Shown here piece by piece: positions 1-13,292 of a stretch of 64,000 bases of DNA (within the stretch, counting starts at the first letter, position 1; every line of letters begins with the position of its first letter). Source of the DNA: Octopus vulgaris (Eukaryota); the NCBI GenBank assembly GCA_951406725.2, contig OX597835.1:48670001-48734000 (forward strand). Direction: 5' to 3'. Under the pieces are notes generated by a model. It had not been told where the DNA came from, ran no database searches, and worked only from the letters and a program-made list of their open reading frames with translations. A program made the translations under genes and the position numbers.

Positions 1-403
1 CTGTATATACATGTGTATATGCATGTATGAACGCGTGAATATATGTGTATATACACATCTGTATATATGTGTGTCCCTGTATGTGCAAATATATATGTAT
101 CAGTGAATGGGTGAACGGGTGTTTTTGTGTTGTACAAGCGCATGCGCACGTGTGTGTTTACACACGTAGAACAAGGCAATATGTGAAGAGTGTCATGTGT
201 AAATGTATTTCATCTTTCGTAATGAATATCAAAGATGTCAGCTGAGTCGTTCATTATCGCCATATTGTCATCATGGCCGCTGTTGTTGTTCTTGATGTTG
301 TGTCTGTTTGATGACTTCCCTGGCTGTGGACAGATGGTCATCAGAAGGCTGGGATACGATGGTTAAGGTACGGGGATGGAAAAAGGGTCAAGGGTGGATG
401 AAG

Positions 404-532
404 GAGAGAGAGAATGTGTGAGAGAGAGAGAGAGAAAGGATCAGTGAATTGGAAATAGCGACAGAGAATACGATGAAGAAGTGTGAAGAGAGCATTTGGA
501 AACAAGAGAGAAATAAAGGGAAAGAATCAATA

Positions 533-573
<41 letters not shown>

Positions 574-848
574 TAGAAAAGTGAAGGGAAGGGAAGATAA
601 TGAGGGAATAGTATAACGAAGAGTGGCAGAGAAAAAGTAGAAGAGTTAAGAGAATAGGAGAGATGGAAACAAAATCAGAGAGAGTGGGAGAATCAGAACT
701 TGAGAGAGAGGGGGAGTGAGAAAGAGTGAGGGAAAGACAAAGAAAGGGAATCAATGAGAGGTGGAACGTAAAAGAGTGAAAGAGGGAAAGCAGCAGGAGA
801 GTCAGAGGAGAATAGAAGGCGAAAACTAACAAAAAAGCACTTCTATGC

Positions 849-885
<37 letters not shown>

Positions 886-973
886 CAAAGCGTACGAGAG
901 AGGGAAAGGGAGAGGAAGAGAGATCATATCTGCAAAAGAAAGGAGTGGTACAGTTTATATCTGAAAGAGAGAC

Positions 974-1018
<45 letters not shown>

Positions 1019-1160
1019 GAGAAAGAGAGACAGACAGACAGAAGTTGAGGTAGAGACAGATAGGCAGACAGGCAGAGAGAAATAGAAATATACAGATTGT
1101 CGCGGGGGGTGGGGGTGGCAGTGACACGGAGCGATCTGGAAAGAGAGAGAGGGGGGAGCA
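404..1160. repeat. GA-rich low-complexity region with (GA)n and (GACA)n microsatellites
   Basis: Direct: purine-rich plus strand with (GA)n runs at ~540-570 and ~852-882 and (GACA)n at ~980-1040. The ORFs here are repeat artefacts. Confidence 0.9.
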
Positions 1161-1377
1161 TGTAGGAAAGTAGTATCTGGGGGAGAATGACTTTCAGAGT
1201 GAGGGTTAGAGGAAATACTGAGGATTAGAGGGTCATACGATGATTTTCATTTGCCCCGTGACTTCCTTTTTTATGCATCGCTTTATGGGAACTAAATATG
1301 TGTATGTGCGTGTGTGTGTGTGTGTGTGCGTGTGTGTGTGTGTGTATATATATATACACATGTTACCTTTGACAAAT

Positions 1378-1727
1378 GGTAAGGCGCATGGCTCAGTGAA
1401 GGCACATGGCTCAGTGGTTAGAGCGTCGAGCTTACGATCGTGAGGTTGTGAGCTCGAATCCCGGACCGGGCTGCGTGTTGTGTTCTTGAGCAAGGCACTT
1501 TATTTCACGTTGCTCCAGTTCACTCAGCTATAGAAATGAGTTGCGACGTCACTGGTGCCACCTTTGTCTTTCCCTTGGATAACACTGGTGGTGTGGAGAG
1601 GGGAGGCTGGTATGCATGGGCGACTGCTGGTCTTCCATAAACAACCTTGCCCGGACTTGTGTCTAGGAGGGTAACTTTCTAGGTGCAATCCCATGGTCAT
1701 TCATGACCGAAGGGGGGGTCTTTACCC
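1378..1727 (+). mobile_element. tRNA-derived SINE (family 1) with 15-bp target-site duplication
   Basis: A-box TGGCTCAGTGGTTAGAGC and B-box-like GCTCGAATCC. CORE-like CTTGAGCAAGGCACTT follows. TTACCTTTGACAAAT flanks it at 1363-1377 and 1728-1742. Confidence 0.88.
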
Positions 1728-2759
1728 TTACCTTTGACAAATATGACAAAGCGTATTCAATACATACTCTAGCGTACCATAGATGTATCATACTTCTTTT
1801 TGTTCGTTACAAATAGCGATTGCTCTAAGGTTTTTTTATGAGCAGAAGCCCAAGGGGTATTTGTTCGTCAATGAGTCGTTGCCAAACCGTAAAACTTGTC
1901 TGGAAACTGATCTTTACTTTCTGTGCACCAAAAGAATAATAAGACGGGTTCCTGTATGTTCAAATTTTCTCAGGGAATTACCTTCAAAATACGTTAACTA
2001 CTTAAAAATTCATCACCTTAAGTTTTCTCAAACATAGAGTGTTTATAAATTCACATCATGTTGTGTAGAAATATGTATACAATGCCAAGAAATGCACTGT
2101 ACGCAAATTAGTTGGCCTCTTAGCGCTAAGATTTGACTTGTATCTGATTTAATTAGCAATTTGTTTCTTCACAGAGTATTTGTCCTCTCATTAATTATAT
2201 CAACCAGCCGTGAGGTATGTTAGAACAATCTCCTTTATTTTTTTAAAAAATAGTGAATAACATGTTTTTGCCTCTGTTTAAATTTCCATGGTGAAAAACT
2301 ATATTAATCTTATCGTAGTTTACATATATATATTTATGATGTGTTGTCCTAGAATTCATATCAAAATATCAATATGTATGTGAGTGTGTGAATGATACTA
2401 CGATAGCTAGATCCCAGTTCTTTACACTATTTTTTATGTGAAATGTAATGAAAATATTAAAAGGTGCTAGAAAGGATGTTTTTCATATCATCTCCATCGC
2501 CAATCTTAGTTCACGAGTTTAACTCCCTTGTGTATGACTTATAAGCATCCTAGATTTCCAGCAGGAGTCGGAAACAATTTCCAATTTGCGTATGACGCGG
2601 ATTATTTGATATATTAGGACGAGATTAGTATAAACACATGTATTTAGAATGGCACAACTGTCCAGACATTGTCATTCATTCTTTGATAATAAATAAAAAT
2701 CTCGTTTGATTTTTAAATGGATCCAGGAAAGAGATGAGCTTGAACGATGAAAGACTAAA

Positions 2760-3525
2760 TTTTCTTCGTTGGAACCAGGTGAAGAATACCTCAGGTTTTC
2801 CATTTAAAACATTGGTTTATGTATTTGACATTTTGCATTATTCTCCGATTATAACTTGTAAGTATTTCTCCGAGTGCCTCTAACACTCCAGGGATGACGG
2901 TTACTCTCTTCATTGCCCACATTCTTGCAATTTCGTCTTTTAGAAACTTAGCATTTTTCCATCTTTTCCATTCCTCTGTCACCTGCGTATGCGTCCCGAA
3001 GTATGGCAATATTTATAACCTTGGTTTCCTCCTTCCTTTTATTCACAATAATCTTCTGGACTCCGGCCATCACTTAGAGAGTCACACTGGATGTAAAATC
3101 AGATACGATCTTATATTTATTATTCTGAGTGACCCCTTCTATTTTACGTTCCCTGTTCTTCCAAGATCGTAATTCTCACACAAATAAATTCACCCATGTC
3201 ATTGTGCCTCCTTTTGTATACGTTTTATGAGACCGTTTTGTTTTTGCCGTCACACATCCTACAAACGGACGATTCACTGTTCTTATCTATTTGGGAATTG
3301 GCCTCACTACTTCTCAAAGCTCGGTCCTGGGCGTTGTTTACCAATGCGTCAGTGCTCTCCATTCCCTTCTTTCTTCACATAACCTACACCGTATCACATT
3401 AAGAAAAAAGCACATATATTCATCGCTCACATCTTTTTCTAATCTCAAACTAATTTGGTTCTTCTCTTCTAAAGCTTTCCTTCATCTCACTCTCCTTGAT
3501 TTTGTCACAGTACAAAATACCTAGA
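2760..3525 (-). mobile_element. Heavily decayed R4/Dong-like non-LTR retrotransposon 3' fragment
   Basis: Minus-strand translation gives RLE-region remnants (LKDEIARMWAMKRVTVIPGVLEALG) resembling the better-preserved copies (LEIEI.KMW.LKT.T.PVIVGALG). The 5' end abuts a (TTA)n tract at ~3530. Boundaries are approximate. Confidence 0.65.
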
Positions 3526-3549
3526 TGTTTTATTATTATTATTATTATT

Positions 3550-3580
<31 letters not shown>

Positions 3581-3597
3581 TTATTGTTATTATTACT

Positions 3598-4054
3598 GAG
3601 TGAGAGAGCAGCACATGCTATCAAAATGACATTGGGGTATAGATATACGAAGCCCAATGAACTACCCGTCAGATAAGGGTACACCAGGCACATGCTTCGC
3701 AAGCCATATGTGCACGACATGGTGATCTCTATTCAAAATAAACAGCGCATCATCTTGCAGGTGGGGCCCAGTTAGAATTTTCTTCAGGTTGACAAGTCCA
3801 TCCCACTCAAAAAGTCCTTGATTAAGGTTTGTTTAAGGATGTTGAACAAAACACTCACAATTCCATAAGTAGTTTATTCAAAACCCCAAAAATTCCTCTC
3901 AATACATGGCTGTGATGCTCCCCCACTACTTCTGCTCGTGATCAGAGATGCACATATTGTCAGCCACTAAGGGACATGCTCAACTGGTTACGGTCAAACA
4001 ACTGACAAACACATCTGTCGTATTGAACAGAATATTTAGCTGTAGCCCATCTTT
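3598..4054 (-). mobile_element. Non-coding interspersed repeat in a (TAA)n tract, copy 1
   Basis: Homologous over ~410 bp to 4603-5014. On the minus strand it ends CTCTCTCACTC and runs into an (AAT)n-type tract. Confidence 0.75.
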
Positions 4055-4174
4055 ATTATTATTTCTCTTTATCACAGATTTTGTTGGAGCTCCTGGAGTC
4101 TTGCATGCGTAGCAGGATTGCTACCTGCAGCCTTCGTTACCATGCTATTCGTTTTCAGCCATCTAATACGTTCC

Positions 4175-4602
<428 letters not shown>

Positions 4603-5014
4603 GAGTGAGAGAGCAGTTCATGCCATCAAAGTGACACTGGGGTAAAATATACGAAGCCCAGCATACCCATCATGACTACCCGTCTGATAAGGGTACACCA
4701 GGCACATGCATCACAACCATATGTGCGCGACATGGTGATCTCATATCAAGATAAACAGCACATGACCTTGCAGGTGGGACCCAGTTAGGATTTTCTTCAG
4801 GTCGAGTAGCCCATCCTGCTCAAAAGGTCCCTGAATAAGGGTTGCTTTAGGATGTTGAACGAAACACCTATGTTTCCAGTGGTGAATTATTCAAACTCCA
4901 AAGAATCCCTCTCAACACATGGCTATGATGCTCCCCCACTACTTCTGCTCGTGATCAGAGATGCACGTATCGTCAGCCACTAAGGGACATGCTCAACTGG
5001 TTAAGGTCAAACAA
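4603..5014 (-). mobile_element. Non-coding interspersed repeat in a (TAA)n tract, copy 2 (5'-truncated relative to copy 1)
   Basis: Same 3' end as 3598-4054 and ~40 bp shorter at the other end. (TTA)n on both sides. Confidence 0.75.
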
Positions 5015-5075
<61 letters not shown>

Positions 5076-6390
5076 GTCATTTACTTTTAATCTGTATGTT
5101 TGATGCAATCACTTGCCGGAGCACACCCAGCGTCCTAGGGCAAGCGAAGGTTAAGAGTTGTTGAAATATAGCTGAAAGCTTGGGGGGGAGTAGAGAAATA
5201 TCTCCATGTAATTTACATGTAACAAACATTTACATTGATAGGGTTTTTCTAAGGATGTGGGCAGTACTCGGATTTCCTTGAGACGTGATTCTCCAGGGAT
5301 ATTGTCTATGTGTTTCTGACATCCCTTTTTCATCATACCTAGGGCACCTACAATAACAGGAACAGTTTTTGTTTTAAGCTTCCACATCTTTTGTATTTCG
5401 ATTTCCAGGTCCTTATATTTACTAAGTTTGTCAAATTCCTTTACAGATATATTGTTATTAGTGGGGACGCTTACCTCTATTAGTCTGCAGGTATTTCCTT
5501 CCCTATCTTTAACAATTATGTCTGGTCGATTAGCCTTGATCGTTCTGTCACTGTTGACTGGAAAATCCCTGACATTTTTACCTTCAACAACTGGCTGAGG
5601 ATGATGTTCGTACCAGTTAGCAGGAGTGCCGAATTTGTAGTGTTTACATATCTTCCAATGTATATACTGTCCTACCCTATCGTGGCGATGTTTGTATTCG
5701 TTTGGTGTCAGCACAGGACATTCCGAAACGAGATGGTCTATTGTTTCGTCAAATGTGTCGCAGAATCTGCATTTAGGGTCAGTACCGTTTCGGAGAACGC
5801 TAGCCTGGTAATTTCTGGTAAACAAGCTTTGATCTTGTGCTGCCAGTATGAAGCCTTCAGTCTCTGCTTTCAATCCTGAACTCTTCAGCCACTGATGGGT
5901 TGTTGCTTGGTCTACATCAGCATTTTGGCTTCGGAGAATATATTGTCCATGCAGGGGCTTCTGGCTCCACCGCCTCTCAATTTGATTCTGCCCGTTCTTT
6001 TTTGCAGTCTGCTTGATTCGCTTTGCTTGCTTGGTAGCAGTGGTTTCCGGCTCTTCATCTGATTCAAGGTTAATGTCTAGTTCCCTTTCGAACTTATAAG
6101 CTTCCTTGACAATAGAATGCAGCTTTTTGCTGCTTTCGTGTTCGCACACAAGTCGCAGCATCCAGTTCTTTGTACTAGATAGGTACCTGTTCATTCCTAC
6201 AGTGGAGGTCTTATAGCACAGCTCTAATTGCATCATTCCTTTGCCCCCCCACCCGCTGCTTCTAGGTAGGTACAGGCGGTCTACATCTGCCCTAGGGTGG
6301 TGCATGTTTTTGGATGTCAGTAATTTTCTTGTCTTCCTGTCCAAGCGTTGGAGTTCCGTAAGGTTCCAGTTAATGATGTTAAAACTGTAC
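5076..6390 (-). mobile_element. R4/Dong-like non-LTR retrotransposon, family A, 5'-truncated
   Basis: ORF 5151-6344 contains HHPRADVDRLYLPR..GG.G, ETEGFILAAQDQ, the CCHC knuckle CRFCDTFDETIDHLVSEC, RHD and the RLE motif RPDIIVKD..CRLIEVSVP. (TTA)n on both flanks. Confidence 0.92.
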
Positions 6391-6464
<74 letters not shown>

Positions 6465-6465
<1 letters not shown>

Positions 6466-6912
6466 CATTCAGTAGTTTTATTTTTATAGCGTGCATTCAT
6501 TTCACTACCCGAGCACAGTTCTGTGTGCCTTGGGTATGTGCTATGGTTTGCTGTGATGCTCTGATGGTTACTGCGTGGGATGTGTGCAGTGCCTAGTAGT
6601 GCAATTTCCTGTGTGTTATATATTTTTGTAAGTCCTGGTGTTTTTGTTATGTATTTGTCTGAATATTTTTTTATCATGCCTAATGCACCTATTATGATAG
6701 GAATTGTTTCTGTTTTTAGATTCCACATTCTGGTTACCTCTATTTCCAGGTCTTTGTATTTTGAAAGATTCTCCATTTCTTTTAGAGACACGTTGTCATC
6801 TGCTGGTATTGATACATCAATTAGAAAGCATTTATTTTCTTCATGATCTCTGACAACTATATCGGGCCTATTGGCCTTAATTTCTCTATCTGTGTGTATT
6901 GACATATCCCAG
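6465..6912 (-). mobile_element. R4/Dong-like family B, short 3' fragment
   Basis: RPDIVVRDHEENKCFLIDVSIP and the 3' UTR ending ATAAAACTACTGAAT, near-identical to 28195-28656. (TTA)n on both flanks. Confidence 0.92.
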
Positions 6913-6919
6913 GAAATTG

Positions 6920-7010
<91 letters not shown>

Positions 7011-7469
7011 GGAGGTGCAATGGCCCAGTGGTTAGGGCAGCGGACTCGCAGTCGTAGGATCACGGTTTCGATTCCCAAACCGGGCATTGTGAGTGTTTAT
7101 TGAGCGAAAACACCTAAAGCTCCACGAGGCTCCGGCGAGTAGTTGTGGTGAACCCTGCTGTATTCTTTCACCACAACTTTGTACCTGTATTTCAAAGGGC
7201 CAGCCATGTCACACTCTGTGTCACGCTGAATCTCCCCGAGAACTACGTTAAGGGTACACGTGTCTGTGGTGTACTCAGCCACTTGCACGTTAATAAATGA
7301 GCTGCCACTTCACTGGTGCCAAGCTGTATCGGCCTTTGCCTTTATCTTTGATAACATCAGTTGTGTGGAGAGGGGAGGTTGGCATGAGTGGGCGACTGCT
7401 GGTCTTCCATAAAACACCTTGCCCAGACTTGTGCAATCCCATGGTCATTCCTGACCGAAGGGGAGGGTC
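7011..7469 (+). mobile_element. Composite SINE: head and body of family 2 (7011-7294) joined to the 3' half of family 1 (7295-7469)
   Basis: 7011-7294 matches the reverse complement of 47769-48155 (A-box TGGCCCAGTGGTTAGG). 7295-7469 matches ~1533-1720. Confidence 0.8.
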
Positions 7470-7474
7470 ACAAA

Positions 7475-7590
<116 letters not shown>

Positions 7591-7604
7591 CATTATTATA
7601 AACA

Positions 7605-7790
7605 CATCGTGAACACTTTGAACAAAATGACTACCGGTATTTCGTCCGTCTATATATTTTAAGTCAAATTTCCTGTTGTCCATTCGTGGTCGATAAAATA
7701 CTTTTATTGAGCATTCAGCTCTATATAATCAACGAGCCCTCCTCTCTCCCTGGATAAAATGTCAGGACTTGTTCCTATAGTATAAGGGAT
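7605..7790 (+). mobile_element. Decayed SINE (family 4, Meta-domain-like)
   Basis: GGTATTTCGTCCGTC...GGTCGATAAAATA...CAGGACTTGTTCCTATAGTA is similar to the reverse complement of 20936-21140. Confidence 0.55.
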
Positions 7791-8484
7791 CATCGCCACC
7801 ACCACCATCATCATAATCATCATCATCATCATCATCATCATCGTCATATTCATTATATAATGCATTAATCATAAGTTTTCTAAACGTTGTACCAGCATTA
7901 TATTTTACTGTAAAAACATACATACGTACCTGCACACACACCCTATGTATATATACGTGTGAGTGTGTGTATGTGTGTATGTGCGCGTGCGCAAGTATGT
8001 GTGTAGACATTTCAAACTTGGAGGGCGTGATCGAAGGTGTTTATATTACGATACGAAAAATCTGCAAAGAAGGAATTTGGCGGTAAATTAACTCAATATT
8101 AGATTTGTTTTGGAAGCAACTTGAATGGCGGCGACGGCGGTGACGATGGTGGTGGTGGTGGTGGTGGTGGTGGTGGTGGTGGTGGTGGTGGTGGTGATTG
8201 TTGTAGTGGATCTAGTTTTGGTGAGGACGGTATTATTAACATTGTTATGGTTCATTGTTATGCTCTTGTACTTTCGTAGATTTTATGACCGTGATGATGA
8301 TGATGATGATGATAATGACGATGATGGAGGGGAGGGACGTGGTGGTAGTGGTTATGATGCTGTTGGTGATAGCAGTTTTATTCTGTTTTGGTTATTTGTT
8401 TTTGTTTTGTTTGGAGGCAAGCAGTGATAATGTCGATGTTTTCAATAGGGAAGGTTGCCGTGTTAGTGCAGTCAACGCTATTAT

Positions 8485-8760
8485 GACCAAAGCCTTGGTA
8501 GTGGATTTGGTAGACGGAAACCGAAAGAAGCCCGTCGTATGTATATATATATATATGTTTGCGTGTTTGTGTTTGTCTTCTCAGCATCGCTTGACAACCG
8601 TTGTTGGTATGTTTATATCCCTGTAACTTAACGGTTCAGTAAAATAGACCGATAGAATAAGTACTAGGCTTATAAAGAATAAGTCCTGGGGTCGATTTGT
8701 TCGACTAAAAAGCGATGCTCCAGCATGGCCGCAGTCAAATGACCGAAACAAGTAAAAAAG
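8485..8760 (+). mobile_element. SINE family 3 (internal microsatellite), 5'-truncated
   Basis: GACCAAAGCCTTG..GTGGATTTGGTAGACGGAAAC, internal (TA)n, and the tail CCAGCATGGCCGCAGTCAAATGACCGAAACAAGTAAAA shared with 32036-32434. Confidence 0.85.
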
Positions 8761-9460
8761 ATATGTATGTATATTTATATCCTGATATGCACATGTATGT
8801 ATACAAAACGGTGATGGCATTATTCTATTCACAAAGACAATGCGCACATTCGGATGAAGAAAGTTAGAGAACAGAAAACCTGTTTTGAAAACAAACGGAA
8901 CAACGGGACGACATCAAATGCGACCACCGAAATGTATCGTCTGCAAATGGACGGATTTTTTCGCCCAAACAAATTCCAGTCCGCGGATATTACAAAAAAT
9001 GACAGGAGGCTTTGAGTATTGGAATGTGTGCAAAAGGATCACTTGAGCAGTCGACATTCGATTTAAAGCAGAGAAGTGTGAAAGCCACCTCTAACCTGCT
9101 TTTTCACTGTGGCCCCCCTAGAAAGAAACGTGGGTATAAATCATTATGATCCATAAAATGGCGTCACAAGTTTTGTGCAAGGTCTATGAATTTCAAGATC
9201 TAGAGAAAGTGGTGATGACTTGTTTGGGAAATGAGAAGAACATCTTTCTTTTTCTTTCATCCCGAGGAACGTTGCTGTGCTGTGATAAGCGAACAGCACG
9301 TTGGGACAACCAAAATCAGAAAGAAAAAAAAAACTTTAGGCTCGAAACGTAAAAGAATTTTTCCGTTCTTTCCGAGTCTTAATCACCTGCTGCTGTTCAT
9401 ACGCCTGTCATCGTCATTTCATTGCTATAAATTTGAACTATTTGTGTGTGTGTGTGTTTG

Positions 9461-9517
<57 letters not shown>

Positions 9518-10121
9518 AAACAATTATATATAAAAATACTCCTGAGAGCTAACGTGGCATTTTTCCCTATACACTCACATTATTTATATTATGTGTGTGT
9601 GTATAGTATATATATATAACAATTGCAGCGTGGAAGGTGTTTATGGTTTATAAAAACAACCTCCACGTTGCAATAGTTTTCGTTCCACCACACGATCTCA
9701 GATCAAGTCACTCGCTATGCAAGTACATCTCCGTAATGTATATATATAGGTGTGTGTGTATGTGTGTGTGCATGAGTGCGTATGTGTGTGCAGGTGTGTT
9801 TTTGTGCGTGTTAATGCATGAGATCTCATACTAGATAATCCCATATCTATTTAGATGTGTCTACACAACCAGCAGCCAGAGTCAGCCAGCGATTATCTAC
9901 ATTATATTATTTGCCATAAAAATTAAAGCAGCCAATACGCGCGCACGCACGCACACAAAGGAAGAAACACACATAAATGTTTTCCATCAATTAAAATACC
10001 ACTATAACTGCATTTAATAGTCACATAAATATATCGACTAATTATTAAATATCGTAATTAAATAGAAATATTCCGAATTCTTTCAGATTTTAAATTCTTT
10101 GCAATTATTCTCTAACTTAAA

Positions 10122-10130
10122 CATACACAC

Positions 10131-10180
<50 letters not shown>

Positions 10181-10259
10181 TTATATATAAATATATATAT
10201 ATATATGTATGTATATATATATATATATATATACCCACACGCACATTCTTGAATAAGCC

Positions 10260-10321
<62 letters not shown>

Positions 10322-10337
10322 CATATATATATTTATA

Positions 10338-10376
<39 letters not shown>

Positions 10377-10510
10377 GTATATGTATATGTATATGCATAT
10401 GTATTTGTATATGTGTATGTATATGTATATATATGTGTGTGTGTGTATATATATGCATGTACGTATGTATGTTTACTCAAACACATATATATATATGCAT
10501 ATCTATGAAT
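10122..10510. repeat. Compound (CA)n/(TA)n/(TG)n/(TATATG)n microsatellite block
   Basis: Direct reading. Confidence 0.9.
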
Positions 10511-10774
10511 TATGGATATTTAAATTTTATGTGCAATTTTATCGTTTTAATTACAATTAATTTTAATGTATGCGAGACTTATTGTATAGCTTTTTTTTAT
10601 CGTTTATAGATTGTTTGCGTGAGATTTTTGTGTAAACATGCGAATGCAAATGAATACATTTGAATATTATACATTAATTTTGTGCGTTTATATACGTATA
10701 CAAATGTGTGTATAAGTGCATATATATTTACGCGCCTAAAGGCGAGTATATATACACACACACACACGCACATA

Positions 10775-10819
<45 letters not shown>

Positions 10820-10861
10820 ACACACACATATATATATATATATAATATTTTATATATATTA

Positions 10862-10888
10862 TAGACAGACAGCCTAACAGATAGATAT

Positions 10889-10936
<48 letters not shown>

Positions 10937-11000
10937 GTAGGTAGGTAGATAGGTAGGTAGGTAGGTAGGTAGGTAGGTAGGTAGGTAGGTAGATAAACAG
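10862..11000. repeat. (GATA)n/(GGTA)n tetranucleotide tract
   Basis: Direct reading. It abuts the 3' end of the Tx1-like element. Confidence 0.9.
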
Positions 11001-11001
11001 A

Positions 11002-12277
11002 TATATATGTTTCTTTATTAGCCACACAGGGCTGCACACAGACGGGACAAATTACAAGGTAGAGCTTTTCTTTTTGGGGATAAAAAAAGGGGGTTTGGTT
11101 TTCGATCAAAAGGGATCGTAAAAGGAAAGAAAGAGGAAAGCAGTAAAAAAAAAGGGGGGATAAAAATAAAAGGAAAAAGAAAAAATCGATCAATAGGGAT
11201 CGTTATCACAGAAATGTCAACATAAAGTGTAATGGGGAGGACAGGTGAGGTTTACCCGTGGAACGAAAAGCCTACGGAAAAGACCACGGTAACCTCGGTC
11301 AATTAAGTCACATATTATATTTTATTTTTACAAATAAGCAACTCTCTGTATCAATTTTTACGGTTCATAGGATCATAGTCAAGGTGACTTCGTCATTCAT
11401 ACGTGCCATCTTTGCTACAATCACCCATCTTTTTTTAAAACATTCACTAGACAAAACTTGCCTCTCTACTCTCACTTTCCTCTTCAATTGATACTTGAAG
11501 AAGTTGATGAGAGATTGACCAGAGAGGAAAGTGTTTGTCTCCAATCCTTTCAGACGCGTCCACCAGATACATTCTTTCGCCATATCCACAAGGATGATGA
11601 AAATAGCTCTTCCTTCCCGTTTGAAGGAAGGAGGCGTGACAATATTGACGATAGACTCAGCTGATAAACCGACTCGTCCCACACGTGACAGCAGTCGTTC
11701 GACATAAGCCCACAGGTCGAAGATTGTTGGACACTGCACGATTGCGTGCAGAACGGTTTCGTCGCTCTGACCGCATCTCGGGCAGGTCGGCCCCGTGTTT
11801 CTGGAGCCCTGCCTATAGAGCTTATCCCGAACGGGTAGCGCTTCACAGTAGCACTGCCAGGCCAGGGATCTCTGGAAGTTGTCCATAGATCCCGGCCCGA
11901 AAGTCTTTTCAAACAGGTGGGTCAGGTATTCCTCTTCGACGCCCAGGCTCGCTCCAAGATCGTCGTCGTACCTCCCCTCCACTAATCCCCTATAGAATGC
12001 TTTGGTTGTGTTGAAATCACTCAAGGTCGACCCGGGACGGCAGAGTTGCTTGAGAGCAACGCGACACTCGCGGTGCCATCCGCCCTTCCTCGGCCTCTTT
12101 TTGATCCACGACTGCAGTTCATTAATGGAGACGAGCTGCGGGAACGCGTGCCTCACAAACGGCGACCACACCTGTTCACCGTCGTCTACATAGAGCCGGA
12201 GATGTCGCAGTCTCAGCGCGTGTCTGCGCATCATCAACCACGGCATGTCCAGCCCTCTTTTTAACGGGTGTTGACAG
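11002..12277 (-). mobile_element. Tx1/L1-clade non-LTR retrotransposon 3' fragment (ORF2 C-terminus with zf-RVT-type domain, plus 3' UTR)
   Basis: Open frame 11365-12277 with LAWQCYCEALPVRDKL and CPRCGQSDETVLHAIVQCP followed by W..K..IW..R, typical of the L1/Tx1 C-terminus. Minus-strand AATAAA at 11014-11019. The ORF portion above 12277 is only CT-rich flank. Confidence 0.85.
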
Positions 12278-12665
12278 AAAAGAAAGGGGGAAAAGGAAAC
12301 AAAGAGAGAGAGAAACAGGGACGAAGGCAACAAAGGGGGGAGAAGAGAGAGAAAGAAGGAATTAAAGAGGGGAGAAGAAAGAGTGCGTGCCAAGGAGGGC
12401 TAGTGAGTGCAAAGTGAGAAAGACAGAGAATTGTGAGAGAGTGGGGGGGGAAGAGTAGACCAAAGAATCAGAGGCAAGAAAAGAGAAAAGGAGGAGAAGT
12501 AGAGAGAGAGAGAGAGAAGGGAACAGATCAAAGTAGAGTGCAAAGTGTGAAAGGCAGAGAAACGTAGGAGAGAGAGACAGTGTGTAGAGTCGTACCTAAT
12601 TTATAGGAATATGTACTTACATAAGGCCAACGAGGGTACGGACGCCGCTATATATATTATATATA

Positions 12666-12805
12666 GAAAAATACAAACTGGGACAAGAACGTAAAACATT
12701 TAGAAGACGATACAAAAAACACGGACGGGACATTCGAAGCCTTCAATCTTCAGTCAAGAACCGGATCATCCTCACAATTTAGGCTGATTAATCTTGAGAT
12801 CGCTC

Positions 12806-12809
<4 letters not shown>
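12666..12809. mobile_element. Short non-coding repeat fragment embedded in TA-rich/(TA)n sequence
   Basis: Complex sequence between TA runs. The minus strand has CTGAAGA followed by a T-rich tail, an architecture similar to 33300-33570. Confidence 0.35.
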
Positions 12810-12847
<38 letters not shown>

Positions 12848-13292
12848 GGGGGGGGGGTGTTTGTGTATGTATAGAGAGTGAGAGAGAGAAAGAGAGAGAT
12901 ACTGATATATATTCTTTTTTTCGTCTCAGTCATGTTGCTGCGGTCATGCTGGAGCTCGTATGTGTGTATACACACATATCTTTTTTTCTTCTTCAATCAT
13001 CAACTTTAACAGAGTTAGGAAAGGACTCCATTGCAGCTTCACTAATCCTTCCTCTACCACTGTGAATCCAACCAGAAATTGACACGGGACTAAACAACAA
13101 TAACAGCAATAACTATTTAATAGGAGAGGGAGAGTTTAGCAAGAACATTGTTTTTGATGGAGTTGAATGAGGAGTCAGCAGTCGGGTCACAAATTTAGTA
13201 AGGGACGTTGTACAGTGTGATAAAACTTTAGGAATATATACGATGGCTATGCATGGCATGACTCCAATAGGTATAAGAAATAGGCCAGGGGT

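Noticed and set aside
1381-1470. tRNA gene (also the heads at 7011, 20790, 32036 and 48155)
   Set aside because: A/B boxes are present but each continues into a SINE body, two with TSDs. I see no complete cloverleaf followed by a terminator.
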